From positions 1 through 53,896 of IMG/VR virus record IMGVR_UViG_3300032242_002545: 53,896 nucleotides of DNA. One strand, given 5' to 3'. The stretch comes from a virus. Its lineage: Duplodnaviria > Caudoviricetes. Both the position numbers and the translations under genes were made by a program. Every line of letters begins with the position of its first letter. Position 1 is the first letter of the stretch. Below are positions 9,023 to 19,990 of the stretch, piece after piece. The notes beneath the pieces were generated by a model. The model ran no database searches. It was not told the origin of the DNA and worked only from the letters and a program-made list of their open reading frames with translations.

Positions 9023-9611
9023 TCTGATTGAAAGAATGAGGGCTAGGATTCAACAAATCGCAGACCCAAACGACCCATATTCTCAAAGAGACTTCGATAT
9101 CGAATTCGCTAATTCTAGCGAAGAATACTTAAGCGAATTAGATGGTATGGAAGAAAGCTATCAATTCCCTATAAGCTTCACCAATAAATCAAACAATCCA
9201 GACCCAGAATACGCAACGTCTGGTTCATCTGGCTTCGACTTAAGAGCTAATCTAACAGAGCCTATGACAATACCTGCTGGTAAGCGTGGTATAGTAAATA
9301 CTGGACTATACTTCGAATTACCACAAAACTTCGAAATACAAGTACGTCCACGTAGCGGATTAGCTGCTAAGAACGGGGTTACGGTTCTAAACACACCAGG
9401 CACGATTGATTCAGATTACCGTGGTGAAATCATGGTCATTCTAATCAATCTAGGTGAAAATGACTTCGTTATTAATCATGGCGACAGAATTGCTCAAGGT
9501 GTTGTTTCAGCGGTAACGGCTAAGAACTTCATAAAGCTACAAAACGTTTCAGAAATAAATACCGATACCGAAAGAGGTGCTGGTAAGTTCGGCTCAACTG
9601 GTGTTAACTAA
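9015..9611 (+). CDS. dut: Trimeric dUTPase with an N-terminal extension
   Basis: GSSGFDLRA, RPRSGLA, GTIDSDYRGEI, GDRIAQ and RGAGKFGSTG motifs. Confidence 0.95.
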   Translation: MNNLIERMRARIQQIADPNDPYSQRDFDIEFANSSEEYLSELDGMEESYQFPISFTNKSNNPDPEYATSGSSGFDLRANLTEPMTIPAGKRGIVNTGLYFELPQNFEIQVRPRSGLAAKNGVTVLNTPGTIDSDYRGEIMVILINLGENDFVINHGDRIAQGVVSAVTAKNFIKLQNVSEINTDTERGAGKFGSTGVN

Positions 9612-9775
9612 TGGAAACAGAAAGAATACAGAAGATTAAAGAGCGAATGGCTTGGCTACACCTACAGTTCACGCATGAATCTTACCTAGATGGTTATACA
9701 CTCGAAGGGTTAAGAGAAGAATACGAAAAACTACAAATTGAATTATCTAACTTAGAAAATATAAATAATGACTGA
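9611..9775 (+). CDS. Small hypothetical protein (54 aa)
   Basis: Manual translation METERIQKIKERMAWLHLQFTHESYLDGY...; fills the gap and overlaps both neighbours. Confidence 0.65.
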   Translation: METERIQKIKERMAWLHLQFTHESYLDGYTLEGLREEYEKLQIELSNLENINND

Positions 9776-10784
9776 AAAATTTGATTTTAACGATATACTT
9801 ATCGTTCCAGCAACAACTTCAAGAATTAGTACCCGAAAAGACATAAACCCATATCACTATGGGTTTTTGCCTCTTATAACGGCACCAATGGATACCGTAA
9901 TAGGTCCAGATAACGAAATGTTGTTTTTTAACCACAAGATTAATACTTGTCTTCCAAGAGGTGAAAAATCAAACTATGGTTGGAATTCATATTCTTTGGT
10001 AGAAATGAAAATACAATATCAAAGGTATAGTTTTGGCTATGAATTTGGAAGATTTTTTGAAAGAGAAAAATTCTTGATTGATATAGCAAATGGACATATG
10101 GATGAACTTGTTGAATTCGTCAAAGAACTTAAAACTTCATATCCTAGCATGATTCTAATGGTCGGCAACATCGCCAATCCAGAAACATATGCTGAACTAT
10201 CAAATGCTGGTGCTGACTACATAAGAGTTGGTATTGGAAACGGCGGTGGTTGTTCTACTACCGTACATACAGGGGTTGGTTATCCTATGGCTTCTCTCAT
10301 ATCAGAATGCTATGCTGAATCAATGAATCTAGCAAGACCAGCTAAGATTGTTGCTGACGGTGGAATGCAAACATATAGCGACATCATAAAAGCCTTGGCT
10401 TTGGGTGCTGATTATGTTATGGTTGGTAGCATATTCAACAAGGCCATAGAATCTTGTGGCGATAACTATCTCTGGGGAAAGGTTAAGGTAGGTCAAGAAC
10501 TGGCTGAATTTGCTTATAATCACGGCATATCGGTAGAAAAAAAGTTCAGAGGTATGTCTACTAAAGAAGTTCAAAAAAAATGGGGCAAGCAAACCTTGAC
10601 AACTTCAGAAGGAGTAGTTAGATTTAGGAAGGTTGAGTACACGCTGGCTAAATGGGTTGAAAACTTTGAAGCCTACCTACGCTCATCCATGAGTTACTCT
10701 AACGCTCTTACACTAGACGAATTTATTGGTCATGCGAAAGTGGTTAGAATAACCGATAACGCATACAATAGATTTAAAAAGTAA
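9768..10784 (+). CDS. GMP reductase / IMP dehydrogenase family protein
   Basis: TAPMDTV, IDIANGH, RVGIGNGGGCSTT (catalytic Cys), ADGG and KALALGADYVMVG motifs; no CBS domains. Confidence 0.9.
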   Translation: MTEKFDFNDILIVPATTSRISTRKDINPYHYGFLPLITAPMDTVIGPDNEMLFFNHKINTCLPRGEKSNYGWNSYSLVEMKIQYQRYSFGYEFGRFFEREKFLIDIANGHMDELVEFVKELKTSYPSMILMVGNIANPETYAELSNAGADYIRVGIGNGGGCSTTVHTGVGYPMASLISECYAESMNLARPAKIVADGGMQTYSDIIKALALGADYVMVGSIFNKAIESCGDNYLWGKVKVGQELAEFAYNHGISVEKKFRGMSTKEVQKKWGKQTLTTSEGVVRFRKVEYTLAKWVENFEAYLRSSMSYSNALTLDEFIGHAKVVRITDNAYNRFKK

Positions 10785-11971
10785 TGTTAACAATAGTATA
10801 CTGCACAAGACAAGAAAATTCAGAACACAAAGAACACTTAATCAAAACCTCTGGGCTGCATAAGCACCTAGAGGTTATTGAAATTATCAATAATGGTGAA
10901 AGCCTCACCAAATCATACAATAGAGGCCTACAACAAGCTAAGAACGACATCGTGGTATTCTGTCACGATGACTTAACCATTGAAACCAAACAATGGGGTA
11001 CTAAGCTATTGCGTTTATTTGAAAAGAACCCAGAATACGGAATCATAGGCGTTGCTGGGACCAAGTTTCTATCAACTAGCGGACAATGGTGGGAAAATCG
11101 TAAAAAGATGTATGGCCGTGTTGCACATACGCATGAAGGTAAGACTTGGTTAACTTCTTATTCTGATGATTTAGGACAAGAATTAGAGCAAGTTATTACC
11201 GTGGACGGTGTATTTTTCGCCGTAGATAAAACAAAGCTTAAAACAGGGTTTAATGAATCAGTAGAGGGTTATCACTTTTATGACGTTACGTTTTGCTTTG
11301 AAAACTTCACCCAAGATGTTAAGATAGGTGTTACAACCGTCATTAGGGTCAACCATAAGTCAATTGGTATGACCAATCAAAAATGGGAGGATAACAGGCA
11401 AAAATTTGCTGAAGCCTTTAAAGATAAGCTTCCAGTAAGTCTTAAAAAAGTCTTGCGTAAAGGTGAAAGACTAAATGTGATGCTAACAACGCTAGCGTTT
11501 GACGACAACACACCAAAAAGCAACTTGGTTCTTGAATTAGCTACTAAGCTTAAGAAAGAAAACCATAATGTAACTATATGTGCAAATGTTGCTGGAAATC
11601 TTCCTTCAATTGCGAAAAGAAGAGGTATAGAGTTAGCTCCAATACAACAACCACCAGGATTTGTTTTGGGTGATGGAAAGTGGAAATTAAAAACGAATGA
11701 AGGTGAAATAGAATCTAGGCCAAATACTCTATATAAGATTAAAGACGAAAATTTTGATGTTATACATTTATTTGATGATGAAATTATAGAGCATATGTAT
11801 AAGTTGTATCAAGGCACTAGTTTGATAAATACGAACTTTCCTAATGGTTTGTTTGTAAACATCAACCAAACCCCCATGACCTCATCAACAATTGAAATAA
11901 GTAATAACCTTGAGGAGGTTAAAGCTATGGATATAAATAACGTAATATCTAAATATGTTGATAGTATATAA
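10784..11971 (+). CDS. Glycosyltransferase: GT-A N-terminal domain plus a partial GT-B-like C-terminal domain
   Basis: SYNRGL...VFCHDD, GIIGVAG, VDGVFF and YHFYD motifs. Confidence 0.75.
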   Translation: MLTIVYCTRQENSEHKEHLIKTSGLHKHLEVIEIINNGESLTKSYNRGLQQAKNDIVVFCHDDLTIETKQWGTKLLRLFEKNPEYGIIGVAGTKFLSTSGQWWENRKKMYGRVAHTHEGKTWLTSYSDDLGQELEQVITVDGVFFAVDKTKLKTGFNESVEGYHFYDVTFCFENFTQDVKIGVTTVIRVNHKSIGMTNQKWEDNRQKFAEAFKDKLPVSLKKVLRKGERLNVMLTTLAFDDNTPKSNLVLELATKLKKENHNVTICANVAGNLPSIAKRRGIELAPIQQPPGFVLGDGKWKLKTNEGEIESRPNTLYKIKDENFDVIHLFDDEIIEHMYKLYQGTSLINTNFPNGLFVNINQTPMTSSTIEISNNLEEVKAMDINNVISKYVDSI

Positions 11972-12756
11972 TGGTAAAGATAGTCTCAGGTTATTCTGAA
12001 AAGGGTGGGTCGACATCTGCGTTTATTGATTTAACTAATGAATTTAATAAGCAAGGTATTGACACAACTTTTTATGGTCCACATACTTGGCACTTGGATA
12101 AGTGTAAATCAGGTATTTTAGATTCTGGTTTTATAGTTAATAAAGAAGACACTTTGGTGTGTCATTTCCTACAACTACCCAGCAGACCTAACGCAAAAAA
12201 AGTTATTTTAAGCTGTCACGAAAAATGGTGGTTTAAGGTTGGTGATATTAAACAATACTGGGATACGGCTATATTCTTACATCAAGCACACAGAGACTAT
12301 CATAGTTCATATCAAGGACCATACGTTATCATACCAAACCTAAAACCAAATCTAAGACCAACGGAAAAACAAGACTTGGATTTGGTGGCTGGTATCATAG
12401 GTGCTATTGAAGACAGAAAACAAACCCATTTATCAATACAAAGAGCTTTAGCTGATGGGTGTAAAAAAATAAACATATATGGGCATGTAAACGAACAAGC
12501 ATATTTTGATAAATATGTTAAACCCTTATTAAATGATGATATCCAAATCATAGGGTTTACAACCGACAAACAATCAATGTATAATTCTATTGGTAGAGTA
12601 TATCATTCATCTAAGGGTGAAGTTGCTTGTTTGGTGAAAGATGAATGCTGGTTAACAAATACAAAATTTTTCGGTAACGAAGAAACAAATAATATCGTTT
12701 CTCCATTATCAAATGATGATATATTTGAATTATGGAAACAAACACTTGAATTATGA
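11971..12756 (+). CDS. Glycosyltransferase (GT4-like)
   Basis: GGST, IIGAIEDRKQTHL and HSSKGEVACLVKDE motifs. Confidence 0.7.
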   Translation: MVKIVSGYSEKGGSTSAFIDLTNEFNKQGIDTTFYGPHTWHLDKCKSGILDSGFIVNKEDTLVCHFLQLPSRPNAKKVILSCHEKWWFKVGDIKQYWDTAIFLHQAHRDYHSSYQGPYVIIPNLKPNLRPTEKQDLDLVAGIIGAIEDRKQTHLSIQRALADGCKKINIYGHVNEQAYFDKYVKPLLNDDIQIIGFTTDKQSMYNSIGRVYHSSKGEVACLVKDECWLTNTKFFGNEETNNIVSPLSNDDIFELWKQTLEL

Positions 12757-13469
12757 TTATACACGCACACATACTAGCATTTAATGAGGAAAAAATCCTT
12801 CCTTTTACGCTAGACTATTATTCAAATATTTGCGAAAAAATATTTGTTTATGATAACATGTCTACCGATGGGTCAGATGAAATATACTCTAAGTATCCAA
12901 AGGTTAGTGTTATAAAATGGTCTAGCAACAATGAAATAAACGAAATGAATTATGTTAATATAAAATCAAACGGTTATAAGCAACATAGTAGAAAAGCGGA
13001 TTGGGTTATAGTTTGTGATTGTGATGAAATACTATATCACCCTAGACTATTGGATAAGCTAGAATACTACACCAAAAATGGTATTACTGTTCCAAAGGTT
13101 AACGGACATGATATGGTTAGCGAAACTTTTCCAATTTATGATGGAGGTCTAATTACTGATAAGATAAAAACTGGTTCTGAAGTTTACCCTCCATTCTGTA
13201 AAAATATCATATTTAACCCTAAAATAGATGTTCAATATGGTATCGGAGGTCATTCGTTTCAATCTAATAATTCCGTTTATTCAAATAGTCCAGAATTAAA
13301 GCTACTACACTATAAGTTTCTAGGTGTTGAGTATGTTGAAAAGATATATAAATCTAGGGTGGATAGATTAAGCGAGTTCAATAAACAACATAAATTTGGT
13401 GAACACTATTTTAACGTACCGTATGAATATATGGATAAGCTTTTAAAAGAAAACATACAAGTAATATGA
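12753..13469 (+). CDS. Glycosyltransferase (GT2-like)
   Basis: FNEEKIL, VYDNMSTDGS, DWVIVCDCDE and LLHYK motifs. Confidence 0.8.
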   Translation: MIIHAHILAFNEEKILPFTLDYYSNICEKIFVYDNMSTDGSDEIYSKYPKVSVIKWSSNNEINEMNYVNIKSNGYKQHSRKADWVIVCDCDEILYHPRLLDKLEYYTKNGITVPKVNGHDMVSETFPIYDGGLITDKIKTGSEVYPPFCKNIIFNPKIDVQYGIGGHSFQSNNSVYSNSPELKLLHYKFLGVEYVEKIYKSRVDRLSEFNKQHKFGEHYFNVPYEYMDKLLKENIQVI

Positions 13470-14287
13470 GAAAAATATTGATTTCAGATTTTACAATAAA
13501 AGAAGTTTCTCATGGTGGTTCGGAATGGGTTAACCAAGTTTTGATTGAAAAATTTGGTTTAGAATTTATGTATTCAAACCAAGTTACAGAATTAAACCCA
13601 AGTGATTTTTACATAATATCAAACATATCCTTGATGAATCCAAGCCTTGTGAGACAAATACCTAGTTTAAATTATATTATAATTGAAAACGACTATAAGA
13701 TTTGTCACTCTAGACACCCGTGGCGTTGGCAAGATTCCATCATACCAAAAAATGAGAGGATTAATTATGACTTATACGAAAAAGCTAAGGCAGTATTTGT
13801 TCAAACCAATGACCATCAAAGAGTCTTCAAAATAAATGATGTTAAGGCTAATTTTATTAATCTACACTCATCAATTTGGAGCGAACAAGACTTAAACTTG
13901 CTTGAAAAAATACTAAACGAAAAACCCGTTAAAAATGGTAAGTATGGTATTTATTCAACAAATAATTGGATTAAAAATACGCAGGGTTCAATAAAATACT
14001 GTCAAGATAATAACTTAGACTTTATATTTATTAATAATCAAGATGAGAGAGAAGACTTTCTTAGACTACTTGCTGATTGTTCATACTTAGTTTTTTTCCC
14101 TATAGCTAGGGAAACGTTTTGCCGATTAGTTGTTGAGGCTAAGTGTATGGGTGTTGACGTAATAACAACTAAAAATTATGGCGCAGCCTTAGAAGGTTAT
14201 TTTGAAATGAATGGACAAGAATTAATCGATTTATTGCGAAATCAAACAGAAGATAATTTATATAAGATTTCAAAGTTTTTAAAATGA
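13466..14287 (+). CDS. Glycosyltransferase (GT4-like)
   Basis: GGSE and FFPIARETFCRLVVEAKCMG motifs. Confidence 0.7.
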   Translation: MRKILISDFTIKEVSHGGSEWVNQVLIEKFGLEFMYSNQVTELNPSDFYIISNISLMNPSLVRQIPSLNYIIIENDYKICHSRHPWRWQDSIIPKNERINYDLYEKAKAVFVQTNDHQRVFKINDVKANFINLHSSIWSEQDLNLLEKILNEKPVKNGKYGIYSTNNWIKNTQGSIKYCQDNNLDFIFINNQDEREDFLRLLADCSYLVFFPIARETFCRLVVEAKCMGVDVITTKNYGAALEGYFEMNGQELIDLLRNQTEDNLYKISKFLK

Positions 14288-15234
14288 AGAAAATAAAAAA
14301 ATGGCTTAAAGATAAAGCAGCTATTGCGTCTGTAGCGTTTGCTAACGTTGAAAAGAACGCATTAGGACAGAGTTATGAATCTCTAGGCAGCGATGTAAAC
14401 CAACTTAGAAGAAATACACAAGGTCAATTGGCTGATTCTCTTAAGCATGGCGAAGTAACTCAAGAAGTAATGGATTTGCGCTGGAGAACCTATCGTGTTT
14501 TAAAAGCTGTTGATGGTTATGTGACAGAAATAATCGGATACGATGATGATGGTTTCCCGATAACAAGAACCAAAAAAATAGACAAGAAAAAAGGTCTTGA
14601 AAAAATAAAGATGGATGAATATGATTCATACCCTCTTGAGATGATGGTCATTAACGATGAGATTTCCTTGGGTGGTACCGAAGTAATGGATAGAACACCA
14701 GTTAAATCAGAGGGTGAGCCAGTAGAATCCAAGAATGACAAAGGTGAAAAAATCATGCTGCATGGAAACGTTGAATCTTTGATGTTAAACGCTTTGAATA
14801 AAGCTGAAAGGCCACTTATAGTATCAAGAAATATATTTCCCAAGTTTAAGATAGAAAGCTATGCTAAAAAATTAAATGTAAGAACCATAGATGATACAAA
14901 AAAGCTATTGGAATTCTATATAAGCAAGTACCCAAACGAATATGATAGGAAAAGCTATTTGCTTATAAGCGAAATAAAGAAAGCTATGGTTAACCCTTTT
15001 GCTATTACCCTGCTTGAGATATCTGAAGTTGAATTTATAACATATAAAACGCTGGGTTCTGATGATTTTATGAAGTACTCATATAAGATTGATTCTTTTG
15101 ATAAGATAATTGAATATGATGGACACTATGTTATAAAATTTAACGCTAGTGTTTTGGTGGATGGTGAAGATACTCTTGAAAAATACAGACAAGTTGAGCT
15201 TGATAAGAAATATGAAAATAAAGAAAGGAAATAA
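14284..15234 (+). CDS. Hypothetical phage protein
   Basis: 316-aa ORF with no recognised glyco-enzyme motif. Confidence 0.75.
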   Translation: MKKIKKWLKDKAAIASVAFANVEKNALGQSYESLGSDVNQLRRNTQGQLADSLKHGEVTQEVMDLRWRTYRVLKAVDGYVTEIIGYDDDGFPITRTKKIDKKKGLEKIKMDEYDSYPLEMMVINDEISLGGTEVMDRTPVKSEGEPVESKNDKGEKIMLHGNVESLMLNALNKAERPLIVSRNIFPKFKIESYAKKLNVRTIDDTKKLLEFYISKYPNEYDRKSYLLISEIKKAMVNPFAITLLEISEVEFITYKTLGSDDFMKYSYKIDSFDKIIEYDGHYVIKFNASVLVDGEDTLEKYRQVELDKKYENKERK

Positions 15235-15954
15235 ATGATTGTTTTAACAACACTATACAACGCCGAAAAATATGTTGAAAAATGTATTGGGAGCATTATG
15301 GGACAGGATTTTAATGATTTTAGATGTTTTATAACAGATGATTTATCAACCGATAATTCAGTTTCTTTGGTTAGAGATATGATATCAAATGATAACAGAT
15401 TTGTTTTAATAGAAAATAAGATAAAAATGTATCAACCAGGTAATTATGACCAAATAATTAGGGGTGACTATGATATTGATGATGATGAAATTATTGTAGA
15501 GGTTGATGGTGATGATTGGTTGCCAGATTCTAAGGTTTTTAGTCGTTTAATAAATGTTTATTCGGATAAAAATGTTTGGATGGCAAACGGCTCTTTTAGA
15601 TATTCAGATGGTAGAATGGGGTTCTCAGCACCGCCAAAAAGTATTGATAATATACGAAATGAAAGCTTTACCGCTTCTCACTTAAGAAGCTGGAAAGCAT
15701 TTTTGTGGAGAGCCATAGACCAAGATTATTTAAAAGACGAGAATGGTAAATACTGGGAGGTAGCTGGTGATTTATCTTTTATGTATCCTATGATAGAAAT
15801 GTGTGGTGATGAACACTATAAATTTATGTCAGACATAAATTATATCTACAATGAAGAAAACCCAATGAATGACCATAAAGTTAATGTTATCAAGGTATCG
15901 GAAACAGTAAATATTTTAAGAAATAAACCAAAATATTCAAAATTAAATAGATAA
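15235..15954 (+). CDS. Glycosyltransferase family 2
   Basis: LYNAEKYVEKCIGSI, TDDLSTDNS and EVDGDDW motifs. Confidence 0.85.
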   Translation: MIVLTTLYNAEKYVEKCIGSIMGQDFNDFRCFITDDLSTDNSVSLVRDMISNDNRFVLIENKIKMYQPGNYDQIIRGDYDIDDDEIIVEVDGDDWLPDSKVFSRLINVYSDKNVWMANGSFRYSDGRMGFSAPPKSIDNIRNESFTASHLRSWKAFLWRAIDQDYLKDENGKYWEVAGDLSFMYPMIEMCGDEHYKFMSDINYIYNEENPMNDHKVNVIKVSETVNILRNKPKYSKLNR

Positions 15955-16754
15955 TGGTATATTGTAATTTAAAAGGTGGGTTAGCAAATATGTTATTTCA
16001 AATAGCCGCAACAAAATCTTTTTCTTTAGATAAAGGTGTTGACTGTTCATTCCCTAATTTTAACACGGTGTTAGACTATCTAAATAATGATACTTTTTAT
16101 AACCCAACCTTAAAACATAGTTATGACTATAAAATTTTTTTAGGTCACATCAACACGTCTAAACCTAAAAATACAATACCAACATATTATTTTCCGTTTG
16201 AATATCAAAATATTCAATTACCAGATGACGAATTTTTCATAGATGGTTTTTTTCAATCTGAAAAGTACTTCAAACATAACAGAGATAAAATATTAGAATA
16301 TTTTAAAATACCTAAATCTATTTTAAAAACAATTCAGGAAAAATACGGTAATTTATTAAACAAAAGAACTACGTCAATACATGTTAGACGTGGTGATTAT
16401 GAAAAACACCCAAATCATCATCCTATGCAATCTATAAATTACTATTTAGAATCAATTGAAGAATTAAAAAAAGAAACTGATTTGTTCATGGTTTTTAGTG
16501 ATGATATTGAATGGTGTAAAAATAATATTAAACTAGCTAATTGTGTTTACATTGAAGGGGAAAAAGATTACATTGAATTGTTTTTAATGTCTAAATGCGA
16601 TAATAATATTATATCCAATTCTTCTTTTTCTTGGTGGGGAGCTTGGTTAAACGCAAATAAAAATAAAATAGTTATTGGACCTAAACAATGGTTTGGTCCA
16701 GCTATAAAACATTATACTGGTGATATACTACCAGAAACTTGGTTAAAAAAATAG
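15954..16754 (+). CDS. Alpha-1,2-fucosyltransferase-like (GT11)
   Basis: GGLANMLFQ, GFFQSEKYF, SIHVRRGDY, FSDDIEWC and NSSFSWWGAWL motifs. Confidence 0.92.
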   Translation: MVYCNLKGGLANMLFQIAATKSFSLDKGVDCSFPNFNTVLDYLNNDTFYNPTLKHSYDYKIFLGHINTSKPKNTIPTYYFPFEYQNIQLPDDEFFIDGFFQSEKYFKHNRDKILEYFKIPKSILKTIQEKYGNLLNKRTTSIHVRRGDYEKHPNHHPMQSINYYLESIEELKKETDLFMVFSDDIEWCKNNIKLANCVYIEGEKDYIELFLMSKCDNNIISNSSFSWWGAWLNANKNKIVIGPKQWFGPAIKHYTGDILPETWLKK

Positions 16755-16758
16755 TAAA

Positions 16759-17178
16759 ATGGAAAAATTTTATTCAAAAATAGAACCAGAAAAATTACTA
16801 CACGTAATTAATCGATTAAATGAAATACATGGGAGACAAGAAGTCATACCAGAAAATAATTTTATTCAATGTGCAACACTAAAAATGGAAAAAGGTAAAA
16901 CGTTCCCACCCCACAAACACATAACAAAAGATAGACACTACGCTGAACAAATAGCTCAAGAATCTTGGGTCGTAATAAAAGGAAGTGTTAAGTGTGTCTT
17001 TTATGATATTGATGATACTATAATAGCAACACCCATATTAGAAGCTGGTGATGCTAGTTTTACGTTATATGGCGGCCATACCTACGAAATTTTAGAAGAT
17101 GACACTATTGTTTACGAGTATAAAACTGGACCTTATGAAGGTCAGAAATTAGATAAAATATTTATAAAAAAAAATTAA
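16759..17178 (+). CDS. Cupin-fold protein (WbuC-like), sugar pathway
   Basis: PPHKH, QESWVVIKG, GGHTY and EYKTGPY motifs. Confidence 0.7.
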   Translation: MEKFYSKIEPEKLLHVINRLNEIHGRQEVIPENNFIQCATLKMEKGKTFPPHKHITKDRHYAEQIAQESWVVIKGSVKCVFYDIDDTIIATPILEAGDASFTLYGGHTYEILEDDTIVYEYKTGPYEGQKLDKIFIKKN

Positions 17179-17179
17179 T

Positions 17180-17791
17180 ATGATTTACGTAATTGGCGAT
17201 AGTCACACACAAGCATTTGATGATAACTTTACTAAAATTTGGTTAACAGCACCAACTGCTTATCAAAACATTAAAAAAATACCTGAAATAGATGGTAAAT
17301 TATCAACATATAAAATAGATAAGAATAATGATTATTTATTTTTTGTATTTGGCGAAATAGATGTTAGATGTCATTTAGGGTTTATAGCAGATAATAATGG
17401 TAGAACCTATGAAGATGTTATTAATGAATGCGTTAATCGATATATTGTTTTTTTAGAACACTATATTAATAATGGGTATAAAGTTGGTGTTTGGGGTGCT
17501 ATCCCATCTGGCCCAGATAATGGGGTTCAGGGTAATGGTTCACCTAGTTACAAGACAAAAGATGAAAGAAATATTTTAACCAAAATGTTTAATGATAAGT
17601 TAAAAAAAATGTGTGAAGAAAAAAACATATTGTTTAAATCAATTTTTGATTTAATAATGTCTGATTATGAAAACTATAACTCTTATCACGCTAACGATAA
17701 AATACATCTAAATGCTGGAATGTTTAGAACACATACTAACGATAAAAATTGTGAAGAATTAGTTAAAAATTTATTTAATGATTTATTATGA
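17180..17791 (+). CDS. SGNH/GDSL-like hydrolase or acyltransferase
   Basis: IGDSH, FGEIDVR and DKIH motifs. Confidence 0.75.
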   Translation: MIYVIGDSHTQAFDDNFTKIWLTAPTAYQNIKKIPEIDGKLSTYKIDKNNDYLFFVFGEIDVRCHLGFIADNNGRTYEDVINECVNRYIVFLEHYINNGYKVGVWGAIPSGPDNGVQGNGSPSYKTKDERNILTKMFNDKLKKMCEEKNILFKSIFDLIMSDYENYNSYHANDKIHLNAGMFRTHTNDKNCEELVKNLFNDLL

Positions 17792-18318
17792 TAAAATTAT
17801 TAGGCGATGATATAATAGTTGATGAGGATATTTTAGTTAAACAAGAATTAAATATCGAAGGGTCACATGTAGCGATTGATAAAGGGTTTTATTGCACAAC
17901 AAAAGCTATTATTGGTAATTATGTGCATATTAGTCCTTATGTAACAATTATAGGTGGTAAAAATGGTTCATTCACTGCTAAAGGTTTTAATAATATTATG
18001 GCAGGTGCTAGGATAGTTTGCGGTTCTGATAGATTTGATGATAGCGGTTTATTTGGCGCAATGATACCAAAAGAATTAAAAGGTACTCAAATAATTGAAC
18101 CTGTAATAATGGAAGAATTTTCTAACGTTGGTACCAACGCAATTGTATTACCTGGTTCAACATTAAGAAAAGGTGTGTTACTTACCGCTGGTAGTTTATT
18201 AATGGGTGATACTGAAGAATGGGGTGTATATAAAGGTAACCCAGCAGTATTGGTTAAAAAAATCGACCCAAAAAAAATAATCGAAAATGCTAAAAAATTA
18301 GGTTATAATGAATTATAA
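17788..18318 (+). CDS. Hexapeptide-repeat (LbH) acetyltransferase
   Basis: IIGNYVHISPYVTI, VGTNAIVLPG and GVYKGNPA motifs. Confidence 0.85.
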   Translation: MIKLLGDDIIVDEDILVKQELNIEGSHVAIDKGFYCTTKAIIGNYVHISPYVTIIGGKNGSFTAKGFNNIMAGARIVCGSDRFDDSGLFGAMIPKELKGTQIIEPVIMEEFSNVGTNAIVLPGSTLRKGVLLTAGSLLMGDTEEWGVYKGNPAVLVKKIDPKKIIENAKKLGYNEL

Positions 18319-19129
18319 ATTTACCTTTGAAAAAATATCACCACAGCACGAATTTGCTGGTGTTGGGTTTGCTGGTAATATTTTTATAATCCTTAATGCT
18401 TTATCAGTTATTGGTGATGATGATTTATTATTTGTCGATATGGAAACCAATGATTGTGTTTGCACTGAAAAAGATTTAATTCTTTACGACACAAAAAATT
18501 GTTGGGAATATTATTTTAACCAAGTAAAATTAGGTAAAGATTTTTCAAATTTAGATTTTAGAACACCATCAATTTTAAATTATGAAAGCAAAACTGATTT
18601 TTTGGTTCCAGAAAACTTTATAAGGTTAAAACATCGTTTTTATAAATCATTTAAACCAAAACAATATTTAATCGATTTTATTGATGATTTTTATTGTAAA
18701 AATTTAAAAAACAAAGTTACCTTAGCGGTTCAAATCAGACTAACAGATATGTTAAATCATCATAATGTATCACCATTGAATAGATACTTAGAAAAAATCA
18801 ATGAAATATTAAAAGAAAACGAAAAAATAGAACAAATTTTTTTGGCTACTGATGATAATTCCGTTATCAAAACATTAAAAAACGAAATAAAAATACCAAT
18901 TATATTTCATGAAAATATGTCTAGGGCCGATGTAAATAAACCAAATTTAAACCCTTATGACAGATATAAAAGCAGTAGAGAACAACATAAGTATAAATTA
19001 GGTATGGAATGTTTAGTTGAAATTTTAACAATGTCTAAATGCGATTTTTTGTTAAAAGCGGATAAGTCGGCTCTATCAATAACCTCAGTTATTTTATCCG
19101 ATAATTTACAAAAAATATATGCAACATAA
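18308..19129 (+). CDS. NodZ/GT23-like fucosyltransferase
   Basis: NCWEYYFNQ, AVQIRLTD, IFLATDD and LTMSKCDFLL motifs. Confidence 0.7.
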   Translation: MNYKFTFEKISPQHEFAGVGFAGNIFIILNALSVIGDDDLLFVDMETNDCVCTEKDLILYDTKNCWEYYFNQVKLGKDFSNLDFRTPSILNYESKTDFLVPENFIRLKHRFYKSFKPKQYLIDFIDDFYCKNLKNKVTLAVQIRLTDMLNHHNVSPLNRYLEKINEILKENEKIEQIFLATDDNSVIKTLKNEIKIPIIFHENMSRADVNKPNLNPYDRYKSSREQHKYKLGMECLVEILTMSKCDFLLKADKSALSITSVILSDNLQKIYAT

Positions 19130-19988
19130 TATGAATACATTTTATAATATAAAGCCAACAAATCATGGGTGGAATTATGGTTATGGTTTCTTTTCAAATT
19201 ATAGAGTTTGTTTAGAACAATTGATAACCCACCATAATAGAAATAATGATATCATACCTTATATTAATTGGGACAATACAACATGGCTTGAAGGGTTTAA
19301 CCCGTTTGAATCTAAAGTTATTTTGAATCATTATAACCCATTTGATTTATGGTTTGACCAAAAAATTCCAACCTCAAAAGATATAATAATTCAATCTGAT
19401 GAAACCCCTAACTCAGAAATAATTGACCATGGTAAACATTATTTTGACGAGCCAGAAGAATTAATTAAACAACAAACAATTGATAGGTTATATATAAAAC
19501 CAAAAAAATATATTTTAGACAAAATAGATGAAATATATGAAAAAGAAATTAAAGGAAATGTTGTTTTAGGTGTTATGGCTAGGGGTACCGAATATAATTT
19601 ACATCATCCTATGTATGGTGTTTTTGATGTAAAGGATTACATTTTAGAAATTAAAAAAATACTAAAAAACAACCCACAAATAAATAAACTATTTATTGTT
19701 AGTGAAGATTCTGAATATATTTCAGCAATTCATAATGAATTTCCATCATCTTATTTTATACCTGATGTTTTTAGACGAACAGATGAAACAATGGAATACA
19801 TAAACAGAGTACATTGTTGGCCAAATGTTAGTACAAAAAGAAAAGACCATTGTAAACTATTAGGTGAGGAAACAATAATTCAAACTAAATTATTAGGTAA
19901 ATGCGATTATCTTTTTGGTCGATTATCTGGCGTATTAGCTGGTGCAATACTTTGGAATGATAATATAAAAGAACTATTTAAAATATAA
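19119..19988 (+). CDS. NodZ/GT23-like fucosyltransferase (second copy)
   Basis: GFFSNY, LGVMARGTE, LFIVSED and LLGKCDYLFGRLSGV motifs. Confidence 0.65.
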   Translation: MQHNMNTFYNIKPTNHGWNYGYGFFSNYRVCLEQLITHHNRNNDIIPYINWDNTTWLEGFNPFESKVILNHYNPFDLWFDQKIPTSKDIIIQSDETPNSEIIDHGKHYFDEPEELIKQQTIDRLYIKPKKYILDKIDEIYEKEIKGNVVLGVMARGTEYNLHHPMYGVFDVKDYILEIKKILKNNPQINKLFIVSEDSEYISAIHNEFPSSYFIPDVFRRTDETMEYINRVHCWPNVSTKRKDHCKLLGEETIIQTKLLGKCDYLFGRLSGVLAGAILWNDNIKELFKI

Positions 19989-19990
19989 TA

